Origin: Hemiscyllium ocellatum | Taxonomy: Eukaryota | Assembly (NCBI RefSeq): GCF_020745735.1 | Contig: NC_083422.1 | Location: forward strand, 47,244,001 to 47,308,000 | Direction of reading: 5' to 3' | DNA: 64,000 nt | Part shown: positions 37,673 through 49,777 of the stretch, piece by piece | Layout of the letters: each line of letters opens with the position of its first letter | Numbering within the stretch: the stretch's first letter is position 1 | Notes under the pieces: model-generated | Database searches by the model: none | What the model was told of the DNA's origin: nothing | The model's input: only the letters and a program-made list of their open reading frames with translations | Program-made: the position numbers and the translations under genes

Positions 37673-37847
37673 TTTATTATTGTCACATGTATCGAGATAT
37701 AATGAAAAGTATTGTTTTCCAAGATAATCAGGCAAGTCATACCTTACTTCGGTACCTCAGGGTAATGGAACAGTACATTGGGGTTATTCAGAGAAACGTT
37801 CAGGTTAAAGATCTTTCATCAGAATCTCTTATGTTCACTCCCAACAG

Positions 37848-37969
37848 CGAGAAAGAACCTTCATCAGTTTGAGACGAAGGAAGAGGAAGAATCTGCTATG
37901 ATTGACACTCACCAGCCAGTGTTTGTAGGTGACAAGAATTCATTTAGGAGCCTTTACTTCTTTGATTAA
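37848..37969 (+). CDS. GGH-like last coding exon (RKNLHQFETKEEEESAMI...SLYFFD*)
   Basis: Acceptor ctcccaacAG. Aligns to human RKNNHHFKSESEEEKALI...YIFD and ends in TAA. All ten exons join in frame (897 nt). Confidence 0.96.
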
Positions 37970-38392
37970 GAATGCAGCTCCCACCTCCGTCGTTGTCCCA
38001 GAGCCGCCACCATTTTGCACAGTCACGTTGGAACCAGCAGGTTACTAGAGGGCGATGCTCTGGGATTGTGTCTTGTCCAAGAATGAACTCTGTGTTTGCC
38101 CCTCCTCCTCCATAATACCCTGCCTGCAGAGTGACAACTTCCTCTGAGTGACTGTCAATGTCAAGTTTGACTTTAGCAGGCGTTGTGGCTGAGTCAGGTC
38201 CTGGTGTGAGATGGGCAATCTACCTGGCTAATGCTGATTACACTGGAGGTGGCTGCAGAGAACTGGATAATATCACATATACAGCTCATCGCCAGAGATC
38301 ACCAGATGTGGGCCAATCGACACACTCAGGGAATACATTCAGAAAGCTGGCTTTTACTATTCAGTCAATACTTTGTGTCAGAGAAGCCACTT

Positions 38393-38398
38393 AATAAA
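38393..38398 (+). terminator. Candidate polyadenylation signal of the GGH-like gene
   Basis: AATAAA about 425 nt after the stop codon, in unique sequence. Confidence 0.5.
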
Positions 38399-38724
38399 AC
38401 CTGACGATGAAATACTTTTTGTTTACAAAGTGTTTTTCCTCACCATTTCAAATCCCCTGCAAACACACCAAAAGCGACAAAAGTCTTGGAAATGCAGTCC
38501 CTTGGTGCATGGACAAAAAGCAGCAGCCATGTTAGCACAGCAAGATCCCACAATGGCTCACCCATGAGGTTTTAGTGGTGTTGACGAAAGGTGGAATGTC
38601 ATCCAGGACATCTCCTGCTCACCTATCAACATGGAGAAAGGTCACTTCAATCAAAACTGAAACATAAAAAGACCACAGATTGAGAGAATGAAGGGGCTAA
38701 GGAAGAGAGAGTACATAGAGAGGC

Positions 38725-39065
38725 AATGGCCGCATGGTATTATTGCTGATCTGTTAATTCAGAGGCCCAGATAATGTTCTGGGGAACCATGTTTGAATCT
38801 TGCCATGGCAGATGGTGGAATTTGAATTCAATAAAAAGAAAGTCTTGAATTAAGAGTCTAATAATGACCATGAATTCATTGTCAAAAAAAAACCCATTTA
38901 GTCCTCTAAAGAAGGAAACTGCCAACCTTAACTGGTCTGGCTTACACGTGACTCCAGACCCACAGCAATGTGGTTAACTTTTTACTGCCTTCTGGGCAAT
39001 TAGGGATGGGCAATAAATGCTGCCTCACCAATGACACCCTCATTCCCTGAATGAATTAAAAAAAT
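38725..39065 (+). mobile_element. Second tRNA-derived SINE family; other copies at ~42435-42720 (minus) and ~52935-53240 (plus)
   Basis: Decayed B-box, shared core catgtgactccagacc..aatgtggtt and tail gggcaataaatgctg...atgaat. Confidence 0.7.
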
Positions 39066-40344
39066 ACATTGATTATAATTTTTCAGAATTTCTTGATGTA
39101 AAGAGGTGGGAGAATTCAAGGGACACCCTTCTGTTCAAAATCAGGATATTCCGCATCAATAGCAGGCCAGCACCTGGGATTAGGTAGGCTGGCTGGTCAG
39201 AGAGAAGCTTCGGGATTAAGGGTTGAATCTCTCTAAATTTACAGGGGAGCAATGAGCAAGTTGGAATTGGCCTGACAGTGTCAGAGCACAGACAGTCACC
39301 GCATCTGCTTCCATCTGTGGTTCTCGGCAGCAGCAGTGAGAATCTCTGCAGTTCCAAAAAGAGCCAAGGTCGCAATCTGGGCTGATTCACGAGTCAGACT
39401 GCAACCCCTTCAGCACACCAAGGTAGTTATTTGCAGAGCCATAGTCAGACCTAGTCTCAGGTTGGGGGGGGGGGGGGGGGGAGGGGGTGCGCAGTGGGGG
39501 TCAATTCTGGACACTGTATTTCCTTGAATTAAATTCAGTGGAATTTGACTCCACTGGCTCTGAATCACGAACATTACCACCCATACCATCTAAAGAAGAA
39601 AGTGATGTTGATGCAACTAGATAATCTCCAATCCTCTCCCGGAGACTGACTAGAAGCAGCATTAGCCAGGTTGATCTCAAAGTGTTCAACATCCCACTCA
39701 TAAGGTGAAGACAAACTGAATATAACAGAGAGGCATAAGGATATCAAATCATCACAGAAAATGTTGGAAATACTCAGTGGGTCGGGCAGCTTCAGTGTGA
39801 CAGAGGAACAGACTGCTTAAAGCAAGCCTTGCAAACACAAAGGGTTAACACTGGAATGTTGCAATGGCAATGTTACATTTTAGATTTTAATATTTGTGTG
39901 AATCTTTTTGATAAAAATATTCCTTTTGTTCCACAAGCCTCCAAGATCTTTACCTTTCTTCAGTTCTGGCCTTTTGATCATCCATCATATAAATTGTTCT
40001 ACTGCTGGTGACCCTGCCTTCAGGTTGCTGAGTTCCAAAGCTCTGGAATTATCCCCTCATCTTAAATCTGTCTTTATGACCAAAACTTATGATTATCTGT
40101 CTGTACAGACCATTTGAATAAACAGCCATACTCCCAAGTAAACATTTCTGCCCTGGGCTTGCTATAGTATTCCAATGAATCTCAGAACAAGCCACAGGGA
40201 CAGCACCTCGTTTTCTGGCACAGCACCTTACAGCCTTTAGGACTCAACGTTGGATTCCACAATTTCAGAGCATCCACCTCTGTATCCTCCACATTTCTTA
40301 CATCCTCCAACATACGTCTCACCCCATCTCTAACACCTCTCCAC

Positions 40345-40545
40345 CCCCACACTCACTGATACACACACAAGCACGCACACATGCAAAACTACACTGATGC
40401 ACAGTGCACATGTATGCACACACAGCATACACATGCACAAACACACACAACAGTATGCACACGTACACACAAAGCGCACACGTGCATACACAAACAAAAG
40501 CACAAGCACGTGCACACACAGACAAAAACTCATAAATACACACAC
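40345..40545. repeat. Degenerate (CA)n
   Basis: CA-rich low-complexity sequence. Confidence 0.9.
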
Positions 40546-40604
40546 GTGTCTTGCTTGTGTCTTCGTGACCTTGCTCTTAGGAGAGTAGACCTATTTTCTC
40601 CTTA

Positions 40605-40802
40605 GGAGAAAGTGAGGACTGCAGATGCTGAAGATCAGAGCTGAAAATGTGTTGCTGGAAAAGCGCAGCAGGTCAGGCAGCATCCAAGGAGCAGGAGAAT
40701 TGACATTTCAGGCCTGAAGAAGGGCTCATGCCCGAAACATCGATTCTCCTGCTCCTTGGATGCTGCCTGATCTGCTGCACTTTTCCAGCAACACATTTTC
40801 AG
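40605..40802. mobile_element. Palindromic PLE-terminus mini-element
   Basis: Inverted arms, hammerhead motif at 40714-40741. 14-bp TSD CTATTTTCTCCTTA at 40591-40604 and 40803-40816. Confidence 0.88.
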
Positions 40803-41389
40803 CTATTTTCTCCTTATCCCACTTTCACTTACAGCCCTTTTCACATCTCTTCGTTCTCTTCACCATCATTAACATCCCATTTGCCTTTTGCTCTGGGAAC
40901 CTTCATAACCTGTTCTATCTGCTTTTCCCCTCCCACTCTGCAGCATACAAAACAGATTCACAAACCCTTAAACTGTGAAGAATCATATCAGTCATGAAAT
41001 GTTAACACTGTTTCTCTTTCTTTAGATGCTGCCAGATCTGCTGAGTTTCTCCAGTACTTTCTGTTTTTATGGTGAACTTATGCTCCTCTCCAATACCCTG
41101 GAAATTGTAAAGGTGCTATATAAATACAGGTTCTTGATGTTGACTGAGCTCTTCCTACCTATGTGATCACACACTTATGGAAAGAGACCATTCGATCCAT
41201 TGTTCCTGCACTGGCCCGCCAAACGAGCATCCTAGTGCTAATCTCCTGCTTTTCCTCCATACCCTTGCACATTATTTCCGACCACCCTGTTTTCTCTGAT
41301 GGTGCTATGTCAGAAATAATGGGCTGCTGCCCCGCACCATGACAATGTGCAATGGATTTGCTCCACATACACTCACACTGAGACCACAA

Positions 41390-41530
41390 AGTCACTTTAA
41401 TGCAAATCCCTGTTCAGCAGCCCCATCTGGTGGACAGGTGTGCCCTTTGCACCCACACGGCTCCATCTTTGAGTGACAGCTCCTCGACCAATGGGTTGGC
41501 CACTTTAAAGCAAATGTCAGCAAATCTGAG
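41390..41530 (+). promoter_or_regulatory. Putative CALHM3 proximal regulatory region
   Basis: ATGCAAAT at 41400-41407, E-boxes CATCTG and CAGGTG within 41424-41440, a CTCF-like CCACCAGATGGGGC on the minus strand (41420-41433), CCAAT near 41489 and TTTAAAG near 41504. Confidence 0.45.
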
Positions 41531-41639
41531 TGTGAGAGGGGTGGGTTAGAGTTAGCCTAGCAGCCAAGCCCTCAGTGGAAAGTCAAATTCTCAGTTGACG
41601 GTTTGTTGTCTCTCAGCTCTGCTCCCAAAATTGAGCACC

Positions 41640-42194
41640 ATGGATCGCTTCATCAGCATCTTCCGCCACTTCCAATCCAACTCGGAGTCGGTGATGAACG
41701 GGATTTGTGGGATCCTGGCCTTGGCAAGTGTGCGGATCTACAGCTCTTTTCAATTTGTCTGTCCGTGTTTGCCCATCTACAACACAATCTATGGGATTGG
41801 GGTCATGTTTATACCACCCATCATCCTCTTCCTCTGCGGTGTTATTGTCAACAAACACTCGCTGTTGATGCTGGAGGAATGGCTGCGGCCGGAGGGCCAG
41901 AGAACCAAGAACCCAACGTTACTGCGTTACATGTTCCTCGCCGTGGTCCAGAGAGCCGCCATTGCTCCTGTGGTCTGGCTGGTCGTTGCCTTGTTGGACG
42001 GCAAATGCATTCTCTGTGCTTTCAGTACCTCAGTGGATCCTGGTCCATTTGTCAACATAAGCAGCTGGCCGAGAGAAGATCTGCTGATCCTTCTGTCCAA
42101 AGTGCCCTGCAAGGACCTCACAGCTGACCAGCTTCAACACAGCCCCAGCTTCCCCAGGAGAGCGGTTTACAGGTACCTCCGCTCGGTATCCCAG
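41640..42194 (+). CDS. CALHM3: Calcium homeostasis modulator 3, coding exon 1 (185 codons)
   Basis: MDRF...FQSNSESVMNGIC is the CALHM3-type N-terminus (SESVMNG, versus QESF in CALHM1). Contains CPC, LLDGKC and KVPCK, a luminal NIS sequon, Kozak accATGg and donor CAG|GTAAGC (phase 0). Confidence 0.93.
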
Positions 42195-43389
42195 GTAAGC
42201 CGGCCTCAAATGGGATCATATTCAATGTAGGCAAGACGTCAATGCAGAGGGGTGTATGGGTGTCCAGGAGATTTTCTTTTAGACTCCCTACAGTGTGGAA
42301 ACAGGCTGTTTGGCCCAACAAGTCCACACTGACCCTCTGAAGAATAACCCCCCCCAGACCTATTTCCCCCATCCTATATTTACCCTTGACTAATGCACCT
42401 AACCTTTACATCCCTGAACACCATGGGCAATTTATGTTTTATTCAGTCATGAGATGTGGACATCTCTTGGCTAAGCCAGCATTTATTGCCCATTGCTAAT
42501 AGCCCAGAGGACAGTGCTGTGTGTCTGGAGTCACATGGAGGCCAGACCTGGAAAGGTTGGCAGATTTCTTTCGCTGAAGGGCATTAGTGTTTTTACAACG
42601 ATTGACGATTAACAGCAGATATTATTTATTCAAATTTGGCCATCTGCCATGGTTCAAACCCATCTCCACAGAGCACTGAGCTCAGGTTTCCAGCCTTTAC
42701 CTCTAACACCACCACCCCCACTTTACGAGAATGGTACAGATTGTTTGAAAGTGCCGAAACTGTTAATCAAACCAAATTGGTCCAAATTAGGGGGTGGCAG
42801 ACCCCTGAAAGGATCACTATAAAAATAAAAAATTCAAAATTTAAATGAGCAAAATCAAATTAAAATATCATTGTGGTGATTATCAATGCACACTAGACCC
42901 CCCCTCCCCGTGGTTTCCACCAGCTACAGGTCTCTAGTTGGACAGTGGATGCTGCCTATTCCCTCTCCAAGGACACCTGGGTGTGTAGGTAATCAGGCAA
43001 GCAACCGGGCCGAATGGCCCCATGACATCCCACAGTCTGGACCTCGGTGAATTCAGAGAGATGACAGTAGCTGGGTTATCCTCCACAGAGCAGAGGAGGT
43101 TCAGTGGGAGATTTACTCAGGGCGTGTCTTGGTCGAGTGAATCAGAGGAACTTCAGTGGCAGGAACATTAGGCTCAAATCGAAACCCACTTGCTGGGAAC
43201 AGGCAGTCTGTCCAATCTCATGCTCTGATTGGTAACCTCTACACTCTGTCAGGTTGGAGAGAAGCTGAAATCCATGGGGTGAAATGTTAGTACATGTCCT
43301 CTGCCTCACCCAATTCTAGCCTGTTATAGATGAGAAAACAGCTGAGTGACACAGAGAGAGCTGTAATCAGCAGCTGATAAATGTTAATT

Positions 43390-45145
43390 CATAGAGTCAT
43401 TGAGACATAGAGGTGTAGAGCAAGGAAACAGACTCTTCAGTCTAACTCATCCATGCTGACCAGATAACCTAAATTAATCTAGTCCCATTTGCCAGCACCT
43501 GACCCATATCCCGCGAAACCCTTCCTGTTCATATACCTGTCCAGATGCCTTTTAAAAGGTTTTTTTTCGGAATGGCAGCTGGTGACGAGCGGTGTCCCAC
43601 AGGGTTCAGTGTTGGGGCCACAGCTGTTCGCGTTATATATTAATGATCTGGATGAAAGGACTGGGGGCATTCTAGCGAACTTTGCAGATGATACGAAGTT
43701 AGGTGGACAGGCAGGTAGTACTGAGGAAGTGGGGAGGCTACAGAAGGATCTAGACAGTTTGGGAGAGTGGTCCAGGAAATGGCTGATGGAATTCAACGTG
43801 AGCAAATGCCAGGTCTTGCACTATGGCAAAAAGAATAAAAGCATAGACTACTTTCTAAATGGTGAGAAAATTCGTAAAGCCAAAGTACAAAGGGATCTGG
43901 GAGTGCTAGTCGAGGATTCTCTGAAGGTAAACATGCAGGTTGAGTCCGTGATTAAGAAAGCGAATGCAATGTTGTCACTTATCTCAAGAGGGTTGGAATA
44001 TAAAAGTACCGTTGTGCTACTGAGACTTTATAAAGCTCTGGTTAGGCCCCATTTGGAGTATTGTGTCCAGTTTTGGTCCCCACACCTCAGGAAGGACATA
44101 CTGGCACTGGAACGTGTCCAGCGGAGATTCACACGGATGATCCCTGGAATGGTAGGTCTAACATATGAGGAACAGCTGAGGATCCTGGGATTGTATTCAT
44201 TGGAGCTTAGAAGATTAAGGGGAGACTTAATAGAGACGTACAAGATAATACATGGCTTGGAAAGGGTGGACGCTAGGAAATTGTTTCCGTTAGGCGAGGA
44301 GACTAGGACCCGTGGACACAACCTTAGAATTAGAGGGGGTCAATTCAGAACAGAAATGTGGAGACATTTCTTCAGCCAGAGAGTGGTGGCCTGTGGAATT
44401 CATTGCCACAGAGTGCAGTGGAGGCTGGGACGCTAAATGTCTTCAAGGCAGAGATTGATAGATTCTTGTTGTCTCGAGGAATTAAGGGCTGGGGGAGAAC
44501 GCTGGTATGTGGAGTTGAAATGCCCATCAGCCATGATTGAATGGCGGAGTGGACTTGATGGGTCGAATGGCCTTACTTCCACTCCTATGTCTTATGGTCT
44601 TATGGTCTAAATGTTGTAATTGGATTGGCCTCTACCACCCTCTGTGTGAAAAAGTTGCCCCTTAAGTTCCTTTTAAACATTTCCCCTCTCACCCTAAACC
44701 TATGCCCTCTAGTTCTGGTCTCCCCACCCCAGGGAAAAGACCTTGGCTATTTATCGTATCCATGTCCCTCATGATTTTATAAACCTCTACAAGGTCGCCC
44801 TCAGCTTCCAACGCTCCAGGGAAAACAGCCCCAGCCTGTTCCACCTCTCCCTATAGCTCAAATCCTCCAACCCTGGCAATATCCTTGCAAATCTTTTCTG
44901 AATCTTTGCAAGTTTCACAATATCCTTCTGTTAGGGAGGAGACCAGAATTGCACACAATATTCCAAAAGTGGCCTAACCAATGTCCTGCATACCTGCAGC
45001 ATGACCTCCCAACTCTTATACTCAATACTTTGTCCAATAAAGGAAAGCATACCAAACACCTCCTTCACTATCCTACCTACCTCTGACTCCACTTTCAAGG
45101 AGCTATGAAGGTGCACTCCAAGGTCTCTTTGTTCAGCCACACACA
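43390..45145 (-). mobile_element. CR1 3' fragment hosting the 43557-44607 insertion
   Basis: Antisense RDLGV...LEYCVQFWSP and 3' UTR; the sequence resumes across the insert. Confidence 0.88.
43557..44607 (+). mobile_element. Young CR1 3' fragment nested in an antisense CR1
   Basis: GVPQGSVLGP, FADDTK and LEYCVQFWSP; tail TCTTATGG repeats. Confidence 0.93.
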
Positions 45146-45449
45146 CCCGGGATGTTGAGTTAGCTCCATGCTCAGTGATGAAACTGTAAATACTAAAGGC
45201 TGTTATGGGGCTGTCATTTGAACAAAGTTGTATTTGCTGTGACTGGGTTGCTTGTCCAACAAGTAAACCAGCTTTCTTTAATTTAATGTTATTAACCATT
45301 CTCATTCCTCAATTCTGACTTTCCCCATCCATCATTCTCAGATTCTTCTCATCAAACTGTCTCCCCAGTGGGCTCCTGATATAGGACCTCTAACCTGTGT
45401 AACCGCTCTGTCCCTCAGCTCCCCTCCATTAGTCACTCTCCCCTCCTTT

Positions 45450-46065
45450 GTAAGATAGTGAAGAAAGCATTTGGTATGATTTCCTTTATTGGTCAGAGTA
45501 TTGAGTACAAGAGTTGGGAGGTCATGTTGCGGTAGTACAGGATATTGGTTAGGCCACTGTTGGAATATTGCGTGAAATCTGGTCTCTTTCCTATCGGAAA
45601 GATGTTGTGAAACTTGAGAGGGCTCAGAAAGGATTTACAAGGATGTTGTCAGGGTTGGAGGATTTGAGCTATAGGGAGAGGTTGAACAGGCTGGGGCTGT
45701 TTTCCCTGGAGTGTTGGAGGGTGAGGGGTGACCTTATAGAGGTTTATAAAATCATGTGCAGCATGGAAACGATAAATAGACCATGTCTCTTCCCTGGGGT
45801 GGGGGAGTCCATTACGAGAAGGCATAGGTTTAGAGTGAGAGGGGAAAGATATAAAAGAAACCTAAGAGGCAACTTTTTCATACAGAGAGTGGTACGTGTA
45901 TGGAATAAGCTACCAGAGGAAGTGGTGGAGGCTAGTACAATTGCAACATTTAAAAGTCATCTGGATGGGTATATAAATAGGAAGGATTTGGAGGTACTTG
46001 GGCTGGGTGCTGGCAGGTGGGACTAGATTGGGTTGGGATATCTAGTCGGCATGTTCGAGTTGGGC
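45450..46065 (+). mobile_element. CR1 3' fragment
   Basis: LSYRERLNRLGLFSLE..RGDLIEVYKIM. Confidence 0.9.
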
Positions 46066-46449
46066 TACCAATCTTTCTCAATGTCTAATACTCCGAGTAG
46101 GAACAGCTTTGGCCTTGATGTTTTCAGGCTATGGTTTTACTCTCATTACTTTCTGGAACAATTGGAAGGCTGTGTTTGTTGTGTAGTTTGCTTGGTTTGA
46201 ACAATTTTCTTATCTTTCAAATTCAGTGTCTCTGCTGGGTTGATGAGATTCAGAGTGGTTCATGCTGTTGTGTTTTGTTAAATCAGAAAGATTTCATTGT
46301 CCATATTAACTTTCTCAGCTTTCTTCATAGGGAGTGCTGCACATGGCAGCATATCAGTAACTTACACCTGTTTCCCTTATTTGGACATCACTTCCAAGTT
46401 CTATCTGCTATCATCCCAGCTGATAGTATAATTGGATAAGTCAGATCAC

Positions 46450-47950
46450 AAAATGAAATCTTGCTTGATAGATCATATTTTTAAAAATTTTTAGATAATG
46501 TGATGATCATCCACTGAAACTTAGTTACTTGTGAATGCAGAATTTCTTTAACAATAGAACAGATGTTTGTTTTGGAAAAGAAATAAAATGTTTTAAACTA
46601 TCTAAATATAGAGCACTGTTTGAAAGATCTTAAAACAAAGTCTCAATCCATTTCCTGACACTTTCCATTACAGAGACTCTCAGATGTAGAGAAATCCTCC
46701 AAGCCAATTCTTTAAATTTGACTCATCTGTTACTCCCCAAATCTTCTTTATGAAACATAGGATCTTCTTACACAAACACTCACAAAACTGAGAGCTTAGA
46801 TGTTCTCAACCTATAATAACTTACAGAACTCTAACCAACACTCCTGGTCTGGAAGTTGCACAAACTAAATTTTTCTACTGAGGTAACCATGAAATGGCCT
46901 ACACTCGTTTCTGGATGAGAAATTATATTTGTTTCTAATTCCAGTCAGATTGCCACAAAATCTACTTAAAATTCTTCATTCTTTGGGTTTATTAAACTAA
47001 GAATAATGCTTGATTCTTCTTACAAGAAGAATTTCTCATCAAACTAAGATCTTCAATGTTTACAATACCTATTGAAGAACACCACATTCAAAGCAATATT
47101 CCATTAATGATCCAAGGGGTTCCCTGTTCTCTGATAAATGTTGGATTAGGTTACTGTTCTGGAAGAGCTCCTTATCTAGTAACTATCTTTTCAAAAAAGA
47201 CTTCATTTGAACTAACCTGCTCATGTGCCACTATTTTAAACTCCAACAGCCAAATATGATAATAATAATATATTTACAAATCAAACATATCTTCAACAAA
47301 GGTTACTACAAATAAAGTAATGTACTTTGGAGCAGGTAGAAGTGGTTTGTGGAAGTTGTTTTAAAGTGACTTATGGTTGAACTCTACTGTCCATTTCTTT
47401 CTTCCAAACAGTTATTGATTAAAATGTTGACAAATCAGGCGCTCTGTCTCAATCTTTATGAAGCATCATTCCATTTGCCTTAATACCTGGATGCAATTGT
47501 AACTAGTTTTCTTTGCTGCATGAACACTGTCTCTGTGACATCACACTACAACTTGACTTGATCATTGACATTGTAATATCTCTGTGTGGGCATTGCTGTC
47601 ACTAATTGTTTAATTACAGAGAAAGCAGCTCTTTGTTCTGTGTGCTCATACCACTGAACACATTTAGCAGAGAGCTTGTGTGCAAGTTCATATTCGAATG
47701 ACAAATTAAGCCAAAACTTTGCTAAATAGTTCATGTATTTAACAAATTGTTGCACTGTTTTGATATTTGTTGGTGGCTGCATCTCTTCTGCAGTTCTCAC
47801 TCAGTGACAATCTCTTTAACTATTGGAATATGGCTCATGTATTTGACTTCAGCCATCTTCAGTTGCATCTTTCTCTTTGTCAGCTTCAGGTGAATCTGGT
47901 GAGCTCTCTCTCGCAGCTTCCCTGGCTTCGCATCCTGGACTAAGTGATCT
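46450..47950 (-). mobile_element. Decayed Gypsy-type pol remnant in the CALHM3 intron
   Basis: PTNIKTVQQFVKYMNYLAKF..NLS...EQRAAF..IKQLVT.MP..RYYNV (RT connection / RNase H). The downstream extent is uncertain. Confidence 0.7.
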
Positions 47951-48509
47951 TCTTTCCTGTCTCCTCCTCCATGGTCAGGCAGATCACCCACAATAACTCC
48001 CACTCTGATGTCACTGACTCTCTCACTCTGTCTGTCTCTTTTGGAGTAATGGAAGTGCCAAATGGCATTCAAATGTAGTTAGAAAACTCTCTCATTCTTC
48101 CCTCCTTCATTCTCCCCTCTCTCACTCCCCTCTCTCACTCTCCTCCCTCACTCTTCCCTCCATCATTTTCCTCTCTCTCATGGTCTCTCCCTCCTTTCCC
48201 TTTTCTCACTCTCTCCTCCCTCCTCTCCCCTTTCTCACTCTCCCCTCCCTCACTGTCATCTCTCCTGCAATGCACATTTACTTTGAAGTTCAGAATCAAG
48301 TCACTGAACCTTTGACCTTTATAATCTTCTATGCAGTCAGGTTGGGGCTGAGATGATTTCAGACAATGGGGGAGAGCTGAGGGAGAACATCCAGTCTGGC
48401 CATTCAGGGTGACATCAGGGAGCATTTCCTAACACATAGGGGAATGGAAATGTGGGACTGTCTCTCTTACAAATACTGCTGAGCCTGTTGGGAGTGGGAG
48501 GTGGGAATG

Positions 48510-49005
48510 TAGTGTGTGACTGTGTGAGTTTGTGTGTGTGTGTAAGTGTGAGAGTGTGAGAGAGTGTCTGTTTGAGTGAGGGTGTATGTGTTTGTTGTGT
48601 ATATATTTGTGTGTGTGTATATATTTGTGTGTGTGTGCATCTGTGTGTGAGTGTGTGTGTGTTTGTGTGTGTGTCTATGAGTGTATATGTGTGTCTGTGT
48701 GATTGTGTGTGAGTGCGTGCGTGTGTATATCTGCGCGTGTGTGTCTGCATGTGTATGCGATTGTGTGAGTTTGTGTGCACGTGTGTGTGTGTGAGTATCT
48801 GTGTTTGTGTATGAGTTTGTGTGGTGTGCCACGTGTGTGTTTGTGTGTTTATGTGTTTGTGTGTGAGTGCGTGTCTGTGTGTGTGAGAGTGCATGTGTGT
48901 CTGAGTGTTGTGAGTCTACGTGTGTGAAAGTGTGTGTTTGTGTGCATGTTTGAGTGCGTGAGTATCTGTGTTTGTGTGTGTGTGTGTGAGTATCTGTGTT
49001 TGTGT
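48510..49005. repeat. Degenerate (TG)n running into an assembly gap
   Basis: TG-rich low-complexity sequence. Confidence 0.92.
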
Positions 49006-49231
49006 NNNNNNNNNNNNNNNNNNNNNNNNNNNNNNNNNNNNNNNNNNNNNNNNNNNNNNNNNNNNNNNNNNNNNNNNNNNNNNNNNNNNNNNNNNNNNNN
49101 NNNNNNNNNNNNNNNNNNNNNNNNNNNNNNNNNNNNNNNNNNNNNNNNNNNNNNNNNNNNNNNNNNNNNNNNNNNNNNNNNNNNNNNNNNNNNNNNNNNN
49201 NNNNNNNNNNNNNNNNNNNNNNNNNNNNNNN
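49006..49231. other. Assembly gap (226 N)
   Basis: Run of N in the CALHM3 intron. Confidence 1.
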
Positions 49232-49318
49232 GGAGTTAGGAGACCCTCAGCATCTGAACTGACCCAATGAGGTTGACTCTTGTTGTGCCAATGGCTGTTT
49301 GTTATTTGTTGTCTCTAG

Positions 49319-49777
49319 GCTCTCGGCTGGACCATCCTCCTGGTTCTGATCCTGACTGCGTTCCTCTCTCGCTGCCTCAAGCCCTGTTCCAAATACGCCA
49401 CCCACCTGCAGAGTAGGTACTGGAGCAATTACATTGACATCGAGCAGAAGGTGTTTGAAGAGGCTTGTTGTGAACACGCTCGAGGGTTTGCTCATCACTA
49501 TGTCATCCAGTTTTTCGACAGCATGCGGGATGGATTCCAGACAGATTGCCATGCTAACCATGTGAGGTGGGCTGAGGGAGACCCACTTCATGGCATCACA
49601 AACAAGGAGCAACTTGATAACCTCCTGACCGAGTGGTTCAACACTAAACCCCCACTGAATATCAGGCCTGTCAATCAGTACCGAGTGAATACTGACCCAG
49701 GTACAAGCAGGAATTCACCACAGCCGCAGCACCAACCCACAGCCCCACACAGAATTGTCAAACACACTGTGCTATAG
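49319..49777 (+). CDS. CALHM3: Calcium homeostasis modulator 3, coding exon 2 (ALGWTILL...RYWSNYIDIEQKVFEEACCEHAR...KHTVL*)
   Basis: Acceptor ttgttgtctctAG, in frame with exon 1. TM4 plus the conserved C-terminal helix. CCEHAR and KPPL motifs as in CALHM3. Total 337 aa. Confidence 0.93.
   Translation, partial: ALGWTILLVLILTAFLSRCLKPCSKYATHLQSRYWSNYIDIEQKVFEEACCEHARGFAHHYVIQFFDSMRDGFQTDCHANHVRWAEGDPLHGITNKEQLDNLLTEWFNTKPPLNIRPVNQYRVNTDPGTSRNSPQPQHQPTAPHRIVKHTVL

Noticed and set aside
41595-41639. N-terminal extensions of the CALHM ORFs in the track (also 62219-62245)
   Set aside because: They start at TTG/GTG; homology begins at the ATGs at 41640 and 62246.
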